From Candidatus Zixiibacteriota bacterium (lineage in GTDB: Bacteria; RBG-13-66-14; B26-G2; WVWN01), in contig JASFLY010000003.1 of NCBI GenBank assembly GCA_050117845.1, forward strand, positions 145,095 through 209,094: a DNA stretch of 64,000 nucleotides. The letters run 5' to 3'. Both the position numbers and the translations under genes were made by a program. Below the pieces are notes generated by a model. The model was not told where the DNA came from. It made no database searches and saw only the letters and a list, made by a program, of their open reading frames with translations. This document shows positions 57,715 to 64,000 of the stretch, piece after piece; the stretch's first letter is position 1; each line of letters begins with the position of its first letter.

Positions 57715-58353
57715 TTACTGCACGGCGAGCGTTACCCCAACGCCGACAACGCCGCCGCCGGTCCCGTAGCCCCCGGCGACGCGCACATCCACGTTGCGCC
57801 ATACGTTCCACCCGACCGCCCCGACCGCCGATACATCCCGCTCCGGAAAGTCGACCGCGACGGCCGGGCCGGCGTGCAGGCGCCACGCCCGGACGACGTC
57901 CACCCCCGCCATAACGTTCGGGCCGCCGTTACTCAATCCCCCGCCGACGAAGGGTCGCAACTCGAACGCGACCGCCGGCTCGGGCTTGTAGTATACCGTT
58001 ACTTCGTGGCCCCGACCTTCGGGTACGGCGACTTCGCCGCCGGGCAACACGCCGAGTTCGACGTGTTCCCCCTTCTCCGTCTCGACGTGCACGACCCGCG
58101 ACCCGGCCGGCCAAGCCGCCAGGACTTCGTCGGCCTTGGTGGGCCGGTGGAACGGGTTGAACCTCTCCACGGCCGACGACGGCCTCTCTTCAGGTACGAC
58201 GGCCCACCCCGGGGGAGGGACCTCGGCCCGAAGGCTTGCGGCTTCCGGGGTCGGCCCCTCCCCCCTTTTAAAATAACGTCGCGCCAATAGCGCCCCGGTT
58301 ATCAGCGCCGCGACGATTAGCGCCGTCAGGGCGACGCGCTTGAACGTTTTCAT
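57715..58353 (-). CDS. Membrane-anchored hypothetical protein coupled to the amidase (lysis-cassette position)
   Basis: ATGA overlap with the amidase stop; N-terminal TM; Gly/Val-rich beta-strand C-terminus. Confidence 0.65.
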   Translation of the reverse strand: MKTFKRVALTALIVAALITGALLARRYFKRGEGPTPEAASLRAEVPPPGWAVVPEERPSSAVERFNPFHRPTKADEVLAAWPAGSRVVHVETEKGEHVELGVLPGGEVAVPEGRGHEVTVYYKPEPAVAFELRPFVGGGLSNGGPNVMAGVDVVRAWRLHAGPAVAVDFPERDVSAVGAVGWNVWRNVDVRVAGGYGTGGGVVGVGVTLAVQ

Positions 58354-59024
58354 AAGTAGGACACTCCCTCCGCCGGGACGGCCGCCGGGTCGCCGCGCCA
58401 AACGACGTTCGCGGCAAACGACGGCGGCGTGACGAACGGCTCGAGCGCCCGGACGCGGTCCCAGTCGAACAACAGGCCGGGGTCCGTCTTTGAATAGTGG
58501 ACGTTCCCGTGCGCCAGAAGGCCGCGGAAGCCGTCGAAATCGCCTATGTCGTACGCGTCGCCGCCGTGGGAATTACTTGCGGTCGGGTCGCAACCGCGCC
58601 ACGGGTCGGGCAACGTCGCGACCGGGACGCCGAATCGGCCGAGCAAGGGCGGCAGCAGGAACGCCAGCGCCCGGTATTGTTCCTCCGTAAAATCGTAGGG
58701 AGGGCCGGCGTTGGATATCTCGATGCCGACGGAGCGCTCATTGGGCCGGAGGGCGCGCCAGCGGCGCCACTGCCACGTATAGGGCCGACTCCACGTGATG
58801 CCGGCGTGAAAGGCCACGTTCTCGAGACGGACCATTTGATAGACGTCGCCCCGCGGGCAGATGTAGAAATGGGCCGACGGGCATGATGGCCGGGGGGACC
58901 GGGCGAGCCAGTTAAGGTCCCCCGGATACGAGCCCGCGGTGTAATGCAGGACGATCCAATCAACTTTAAATTCGGCCGGCCGGGCCGCGAACCCGCGTGC
59001 CGGCTTCCAGTATAATTTCGGCAT
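58350..59024 (-). CDS. N-acetylmuramoyl-L-alanine amidase (Amidase_2), putative endolysin
   Basis: IVLHYTAG, SAHFYI, AFHAG, NERSVGIEI, LLAH..KTDPG; GGAG RBS. Confidence 0.9.
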   Translation of the reverse strand: MPKLYWKPARGFAARPAEFKVDWIVLHYTAGSYPGDLNWLARSPRPSCPSAHFYICPRGDVYQMVRLENVAFHAGITWSRPYTWQWRRWRALRPNERSVGIEISNAGPPYDFTEEQYRALAFLLPPLLGRFGVPVATLPDPWRGCDPTASNSHGGDAYDIGDFDGFRGLLAHGNVHYSKTDPGLLFDWDRVRALEPFVTPPSFAANVVWRGDPAAVPAEGVSYL

Positions 59025-59155
59025 AGCTCCCTCCGATACCCGCTGGTCGCGTTACCCGTTACGCCACGGCGTTTCGATTAATAGTTACATACACCTACCC
59101 GCCGTCAATCGCCCGCCGTCTTCCATTCGCGTTCAAAACGGTTCAACGTAGCGTA

Positions 59156-59185
59156 TAAAAAACCGGAGGCCCAGGCCTCCGGCTA
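59156..59185 (-). terminator. Intrinsic terminator
   Basis: Minus strand GCCGGAGGC-ctgg-GCCTCCGGT followed by a T-run. Confidence 0.75.
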
Positions 59186-59192
59186 ACGTCGG

Positions 59193-59216
59193 GTAGGGGC
59201 GCAAGGCCTTGCGCCC
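59193..59216. repeat. GTAG-type REP-like palindrome, copy 1
   Basis: GTAG-GGGCGCAAGGCCTTGCGCCC; 23 nt identical to 62920-62942. Confidence 0.7.
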
Positions 59217-59930
59217 TTAACCTTCTAGCTGCGATAATCGCGCCTCGCCGGCGCGGCAGCGGTACGCCGTCTGGATGTCGGCGTCGACGCCCGGGGCCAC
59301 GCTTACCTCGACGTTGACGTTGGGCGCGGCGACGTTCACGTTGGGCGTCCCGAAGTCGCCCGGGCCGAAGCCGTAGCCCGGCCGGCCGCCGGACATCAGC
59401 GCCCGCATCCGCTCCTGTGTCACGACGAACTCCGGTTCGTACTCGCCCACCATCGCGAGGGTGGGGCGAGTTACGAGGCCTTCCCGTTGGAAGCCGAGGA
59501 AGCTCGTTATCATGCCGAGGCCGGGGATGGCGCTGAGGATAGCGCTTATCCCTTTCGAAGCGAGGTTGGTGGCGGCGGTGGTGGCCATCTGCGTTCCCAG
59601 GTCCGCCAGTGCGCCCTTAACGTCCCCGGACTTGAAGCCATCCACCAGGCTCGACGAGATCATACCCGAGACGCGGTCCAACGATTCCTTCTCTTCCTTC
59701 TTCTTGCTCTTCTGGCCGACCCCCTGGCCGCCCTCCTCCTCTTCTTTCTTCTTCCCGGGCGGTTTGGGGAGTTCGCCCTCCGGCGTGCGCTGGAGCGGCT
59801 CCTCCTTGAGGGCGGCTACCTCTCCCCGCAGACCCTCCGCGGCGGCGCGGACGTTTTGGAGTTTTTCGGCAGAATCCTCCGCCCCATCGGCGCTTACGAC
59901 ATACACTATTTGCCTTTCTTCGCGCGGCAT
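59217..59930 (-). CDS. Miniature tail tape-measure-like protein
   Basis: TMP-like N-terminus (RQIVYVVSADG), Ala/Gly/Ser helical part, C-terminal EGLVTRPTLAMVGE.EPEFVV motif; only 237 aa. Confidence 0.6.
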   Translation of the reverse strand: MPREERQIVYVVSADGAEDSAEKLQNVRAAAEGLRGEVAALKEEPLQRTPEGELPKPPGKKKEEEEGGQGVGQKSKKKEEKESLDRVSGMISSSLVDGFKSGDVKGALADLGTQMATTAATNLASKGISAILSAIPGLGMITSFLGFQREGLVTRPTLAMVGEYEPEFVVTQERMRALMSGGRPGYGFGPGDFGTPNVNVAAPNVNVEVSVAPGVDADIQTAYRCRAGEARLSQLEG

Positions 59931-59961
59931 TACTAATCCCCCTTAAATTATTTAGAGAAGA

Positions 59962-60603
59962 TTATTGGCTGTCGTCATCGAACCACGGCCTTAAACCCGC
60001 ATGAGGCCCGTTTCGTTTTTTCTCTTCGCGGAAAAAATCGAAATACTCCTTCGAATAATAGTTAACGTGGACCTCTAGTTTGCCGTCGTAAAGTTCGGCT
60101 ACTAACCAAATATTCGTTGTTTCGGTTTCCCAATGACGGACTAGCGCAAAATACCCGCTTAATATACCTTCCTCGACCGCGGCGGCGTCGCCGTAATAAT
60201 AATGCGCGAGGATAACGTTGTCCTCGGTTAATAGGTCGTCGCGGTTTTCCGTTTCCCCGAATAAATCCGAAAGCGCCGCTTCCCACAGGTAAAATGGCTT
60301 TATTCTGCCTTCGACGGGGACACAAAAACCTACACCCAATTTCTCTTCGGGCGTGAATTTAAAAAAAACGGAGGACTCTATACCGAGGTATTTCTTAGAA
60401 TAAGCAAACCATTCGGTAAATATTTTATTATTCGAATAGGGTCCGCCCCCTATCCAAGGGAGGACTTCCCCTTCGTAATGCATAACCTCTGCGGGCGAAT
60501 CACCCCAATCGTTGTTACGGAAATCAGCACCCGAAGAGGACGAAACCGAAATCAATAACGAGCAAAGGAGTATAAACGGACTTATTAATCCTACCTTATT
60601 CAT
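59962..60603 (-). CDS. Low-GC secreted protein (candidate immunity protein)
   Basis: GGAAGG RBS, signal peptide MNKVGLISPFILLCSLLISVSSSSGA, DFRNNDWG; AT-rich. Confidence 0.65.
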   Translation of the reverse strand: MNKVGLISPFILLCSLLISVSSSSGADFRNNDWGDSPAEVMHYEGEVLPWIGGGPYSNNKIFTEWFAYSKKYLGIESSVFFKFTPEEKLGVGFCVPVEGRIKPFYLWEAALSDLFGETENRDDLLTEDNVILAHYYYGDAAAVEEGILSGYFALVRHWETETTNIWLVAELYDGKLEVHVNYYSKEYFDFFREEKKRNGPHAGLRPWFDDDSQ

Positions 60604-60706
60604 CGAAATCCTTCCTAAAGTATAAATTATGCTACATCGGTTAGCAGCGAACCCTAGATTATATACCATACCCAACTTGTCCGTCAAGTAACCCGTACCT
60701 AAATAG

Positions 60707-61513
60707 TTATTCGTTATCTTTTTCCAGTCCTATAAAATCGTGTATCTCCATTAGCGATTCGTTACCTTCTTCGTACCAATCTGTTACCCGTTTCGACTTA
60801 CCTTCTTCTTCAACCCACCAAGCGTCATATTCTAAGTCGGTACGAAAAGCGCATACCCTATTCGTATCCCCACCAACCATATCTAACGCCCATTCGTAAA
60901 AAGGGCCTCGCTCCGAAAAACAGCCGAACAGTATGATTACACCTTCCGGTTTCAACGGCAGGCTATCTACACCTTCTATTTCGATTCGGTGCCTGTTAAA
61001 AGGGGCCCCTTTAAACAGAACGCCGCTTTCCGGTAAACCATGCCCAATAAAATGGATTTGGTCGAATAACAACCCCGCCTCGCTAGCCTCGATACGAACC
61101 CAAGACATATCCCTACCAAAGGTATCGCTCGCCGTATCCGACGATTTCTTATCTGACAACATTGCTACACGACGTTCCGTCCTTTTAGCCTGGGGAAAAG
61201 TATCCCGAATTAGGTTAACGTACGCCAGTAGCCCCGATTCGTCGTCGTCGCGTTGAAGGCCGATGTCGGAGATCACGTAGATAAGAATATTTAAATCTGG
61301 GTCGTCCCTCCGGACCCGGCCCGGGGGCGCGCCCTCCGCCGTCCCCGCGCCACCCGCCGGCGTCGCGATGCCCTGCCAGCCGTCCGTCGTCCGCATCCAC
61401 TCGCGGAAGAAGACGCCTTCCCGCCGCTCGATGTCATCTCGGAGGACGTCGCCTATATCCTCGCCATTCTCCAGGCGCGCCAGCACGCCGTCCGCTACGG
61501 ATTCCTCGGGCAT
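60707..61513 (-). CDS. Protein with a C-terminal caspase-fold-like domain (putative His-Cys dyad)
   Basis: IHFIGHG ... IILFGC motifs; GC-rich 5' part and AT-rich 3' part; TAATG overlap with the upstream gene. Confidence 0.6.
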   Translation of the reverse strand: MPEESVADGVLARLENGEDIGDVLRDDIERREGVFFREWMRTTDGWQGIATPAGGAGTAEGAPPGRVRRDDPDLNILIYVISDIGLQRDDDESGLLAYVNLIRDTFPQAKRTERRVAMLSDKKSSDTASDTFGRDMSWVRIEASEAGLLFDQIHFIGHGLPESGVLFKGAPFNRHRIEIEGVDSLPLKPEGVIILFGCFSERGPFYEWALDMVGGDTNRVCAFRTDLEYDAWWVEEEGKSKRVTDWYEEGNESLMEIHDFIGLEKDNE

Positions 61514-61974
61514 TAATCCTCCTCGTCCGGAAAGGGGAAGCCGTGTTCCGAATTCGTATTGAGGCCGAACTTGCTGAATGCGCTATGCCCCAAGTCGAAG
61601 TTACCCACAGTCGGCAGCGGTATCGTCTTGGCTACCGGTAGCGAGAGCTTAATCTTACTTCCGACTATGTCCTCGCTGAATTTCTCCCATTCGCGGAAGT
61701 ACGTACCTGCCGCTTTCCGCCCCTCCCCCGTCCAGCCCTGTTCGCCGTAGGCGGAGTTGATGCAGTGGTAGAGCGTCAGCGCCAGGCAGACGCGCCAGAC
61801 GTACTTGTCGGCGCCGGGGTCGGTCAGGTCGTAGCGGTCCCGCAGGACCGCTTCCATCTCCGCCTCCGAGCGGTCGCGGTTGGCGGTCACCCGGGCGTCG
61901 GAACACAGGTCCTCCGTCAAAAGCGGATACTCCGTCCGCACGTCGCTAACATTTACGGCCGTCGTCCACGCCAT
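61513..61974 (-). CDS. Phage gp36/DUF1320-like head-tail connector protein
   Basis: VSDVR..AEMEAVLRDRYDL..VCLALTLY..DIVGSKIKL pattern; AGGAGG RBS. Confidence 0.6.
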   Translation of the reverse strand: MAWTTAVNVSDVRTEYPLLTEDLCSDARVTANRDRSEAEMEAVLRDRYDLTDPGADKYVWRVCLALTLYHCINSAYGEQGWTGEGRKAAGTYFREWEKFSEDIVGSKIKLSLPVAKTIPLPTVGNFDLGHSAFSKFGLNTNSEHGFPFPDEED

Positions 61975-61998
61975 CCTTACCCCTCCTAATAATAACCG

Positions 61999-62103
61999 TT
62001 ATATACTCCGCGTCGTCGCGGCGAGTTGTTCCAATACCTCCGCGGCCTTCTCGTAACCCCGCACCTCTATCTCGTATACGATCTTGTGCCTCTCCTCCGC
62101 CAT
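61999..62103 (-). pseudogene. 34-aa tape-measure N-terminus remnant
   Basis: MAEERHKIVYEIEVRGYEKAAEVLEQLAATTRSI*, located where a TMP gene normally starts; aligns with the N-terminus of 59217-59930. Confidence 0.55.
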
Positions 62104-62293
62104 ATCTCTTCCTCTTCCTTAACGGTGGCTTCGTGCTCCAGGGCCGCGTTCTCCAATCCCTCGACTATCGCATAAAACCGGGCCGCGTTGTAGTCGAGTA
62201 CTTCGTCGAGCGGAACGCGCAATCGCGCGGCGACTTGTAGCGCGAGTTCGGCTAGGCCGCAGTATCGCGCGGACCTACCAAGTCTTTTTTTTT
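62067..62293 (-). CDS. -1 frame extension (gpGT-like) of the tail assembly chaperone
   Basis: The -1 frame opens right after a TAA at the A9 run and reads KKRLGRSARYCGLAELALQVAARLRVPLDEVLDYNAARFYAIVEGLE..SYTR*. Confidence 0.65.
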
Positions 62294-62779
62294 ACCCAAT
62301 ACGAACGCCGCGAACGATATAAGCGCGTCCCGCAAGGACTCGGCTATGACGCCGGCGTTAGGGATGGCCCGCACGAGTAAGCGCCGCGCCGCCGCCTCGT
62401 CCACCTTCGGCACCCGGGACCGCTGCCGCCACGGGATGCGGCGTTCCCGCGGTTTTTGATGAAGAAGCCAGAACGCCCGGGCCAATATCGTAATGTACTC
62501 CCCCTCGTCCTTTACGCCGGGGCCGAGTTTCTTGAGCTCGGATATGAAGGCCTCGAAAATATCCAACGGCGGCACCGGGATGAGGAGCTTTAAATGCCGG
62601 TCCTCGTAGGTGTAGACCTGGTCCCGGGCCAACCTCGTTAGCTCGACGCCGACCTGGCCGGCGCGAGGAAGGCCGGGGGCGTACGCCTCGATCATTTCCC
62701 GCACGTCGCTCGGCATTTCGCTCCCCGGCCTCACGTCCACACCCAGCCGCTTGAGTTCCTCTTTGATATCCCCACTCAT
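62252..62779 (-). CDS. Putative tail assembly chaperone (gpG-like)
   Basis: GGAGG RBS; ends GKKKDL..* with a slippery A9 run; precedes a TMP-like start. Confidence 0.65.
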   Translation of the reverse strand: MSGDIKEELKRLGVDVRPGSEMPSDVREMIEAYAPGLPRAGQVGVELTRLARDQVYTYEDRHLKLLIPVPPLDIFEAFISELKKLGPGVKDEGEYITILARAFWLLHQKPRERRIPWRQRSRVPKVDEAAARRLLVRAIPNAGVIAESLRDALISFAAFVLGKKKDLVGPRDTAA

Positions 62780-62919
62780 CGATACCCTCCACCGGCCCTT
62801 ACCTTGGGTTAATACCGCTGTTTAAAGAATAACCTTGACGACGATTAGTTAAACATACCCCCCCCCCGAATCAACGGCTCAACGGCGTCCAGTTGCGTCT
62901 TAAAAGGCTGGAATGTCGT

Positions 62920-62943
62920 TAGGGGCGCAAGGCCTTGCGCCCC
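62920..62943. repeat. REP-like palindrome, copy 2
   Basis: GGGGCGCAAGGCCTTGCGCCCC, a perfect 22-bp palindrome at 62922-62943. Confidence 0.7.
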
Positions 62944-62958
62944 AACCGAAACGTGAAC

Positions 62959-62988
62959 AAAAAGCCGGAGGTATTCCCCTCCGGCTTA
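62959..62988 (-). terminator. Intrinsic terminator
   Basis: Minus strand AAGCCGGAGG-loop-CCTCCGGCTTTTT. Confidence 0.8.
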
Positions 62989-63006
62989 TCGAATTAGTAT
63001 CAGCTA

Positions 63007-63999
63007 TTACTGAGGCGGTGCGCCGTCGAGGCCGACAAGGCCCCGGGGCGCTTCCCCTTCCACGTAGTACAATTCGTACCCGTGTCTCAGTCGGTACGGT
63101 TCGCTTCCGGCCGGTTCGGTCGGTAACGGGAACGGCTCGCCGTACGTTCCGTCCAGGTACTTCGTAACGATGCGGACGCCGTTCTCCTCTACGTCGAGTT
63201 CGGGAATGTAGACTATCGCGTCGCGGCCGTAGCATAAAACGAACTCGGCAGTAGTATTCTCTACTACGACCTTGCGGTAGTTCCCCGGATCGCCGGGTTC
63301 CCGGATATAATAGACAATACCGTAACTCGAACCGCACTTCTCGATACCGAGAGTATAAGCCATCGGCCCCTCGCCCGGTACCGGCGGCGTTATCGGCCCC
63401 GCCCCAGGATTCCAATGCCTGTCAGGCGGTTCAAACCCTAAGGGCTTTAATTCCCCCGTTGCAATATCGAAATAACCGTAAACCGTCGTCCGTCCTTCGG
63501 CCGGCCACTCGTCAAATGTAACATATAAGAAACCTTCCACCGCAACCCCTTGTAAGGATACATACCCTTCCAACTCGGCCAATTCCTCGACCCCGGTATC
63601 CGGCGTGTAACGGTAAAATACCGTCTTATCCCGTCGTTCTACCTCCCCCTCAACGAGTACCGAGAAACGCCGGCGGAGGTAAAATATATCCCCTTCCGGC
63701 GCGGGGATGATTATCGCGCCGTCGCGTTCGCGGGAACGATCCTCTAAAACTACTTCGTACTCAACGCCCGGCCTCAACGGGACTTTACAGAAGCGGATAA
63801 CGTCGCCGTCCTTTCCCTCCGCGCCCCCCGTAACGAGCGCGTAATCCCACGTCGCGTTCGGTATAATGGCATAAATATAGAAACCTGGTTCGAATTCGTA
63901 TACCGCTTCGTAGCTACGGGACACCAAATCCCCCATGCACAAGGTCATGTTGAGACGCCCCTGTTCGTCGATCAACGTTCGCGTCAGCAGGTACCTCCA
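63007..63999 (-). CDS. Hypothetical beta-rich protein, probably 5'-partial
   Basis: Frame is open to the right edge (WRYLLTRTLIDEQ..); acidic and Tyr/Gly-rich; no family recognised. Confidence 0.7.
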   Translation of the reverse strand, partial: WRYLLTRTLIDEQGRLNMTLCMGDLVSRSYEAVYEFEPGFYIYAIIPNATWDYALVTGGAEGKDGDVIRFCKVPLRPGVEYEVVLEDRSRERDGAIIIPAPEGDIFYLRRRFSVLVEGEVERRDKTVFYRYTPDTGVEELAELEGYVSLQGVAVEGFLYVTFDEWPAEGRTTVYGYFDIATGELKPLGFEPPDRHWNPGAGPITPPVPGEGPMAYTLGIEKCGSSYGIVYYIREPGDPGNYRKVVVENTTAEFVLCYGRDAIVYIPELDVEENGVRIVTKYLDGTYGEPFPLPTEPAGSEPYRLRHGYELYYVEGEAPRGLVGLDGAPPQ

Positions 64000-64000
64000 C

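Larger units (their letters stand above)
57715..64000 (-). mobile_element. Distal end of a prophage-like or phage-tail-derived module
   Basis: Co-oriented tail chaperone with frameshift, gp36-like gene, tape-measure-like genes and amidase; no integrase or att site visible. Confidence 0.65.

Noticed and set aside
1..64000. CRISPR array, rRNA, integrase/transposase or att site
   Set aside because: No regularly spaced repeats or recognisable genes seen; recurring short similarities are PAS/PAC-coding motifs

Overview
High-GC genomic window, apparently from a diderm bacterium, with five blocks. (1) 1-14.5 kb: a minus-strand Ser/Thr kinase-ATPase-TPR gene, missing from the ORF track because it runs off the left edge. 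It diverges from an HTH-WYL regulator, a ~400-bp hairpin-rich spacer and a 3141-aa protein. That protein has an N-terminal reverse transcriptase (YVDD, UG/Abi-like) and a helical region, fused in frame to about 13 PAS and 5 GAF sensor domains, with no kinase or cyclase output. This RT-sensor fusion beside a WYL regulator is the candidate undescribed system. (2) 14.6-40 kb: a minus-strand Wzx/Wzy-type polysaccharide locus (7 GT4 glycosyltransferases, an AsnB-type amidotransferase, 2 sulfatase-like enzymes, 2 methyltransferases, a GT-C enzyme, Wzx, Wzy-like, Wzc, an SLBB protein, a LysM lipoprotein and a putative beta-barrel). (3) 40.5-52.8 kb: a two-component cascade (3 PAS histidine kinases, 3 stand-alone receivers, a sigma-54 NtrC-type activator). 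(4) 53-57.7 kb: a sigma-54/IHF promoter, a CWB2-like protein, a Cys-rich protein, 2 atypical receivers and a barrel/DOMON/cytochrome c trio. (5) 57.7-64 kb: the end of a phage-like tail/lysis module with a G/GT-type -1 frameshift, truncated tape-measure-like genes, a putative caspase-fold toxin/immunity pair, an amidase and REP-like palindromes. I found no rRNA, tRNA or CRISPR array. All domain calls come from reading motifs by eye, not from database searches.
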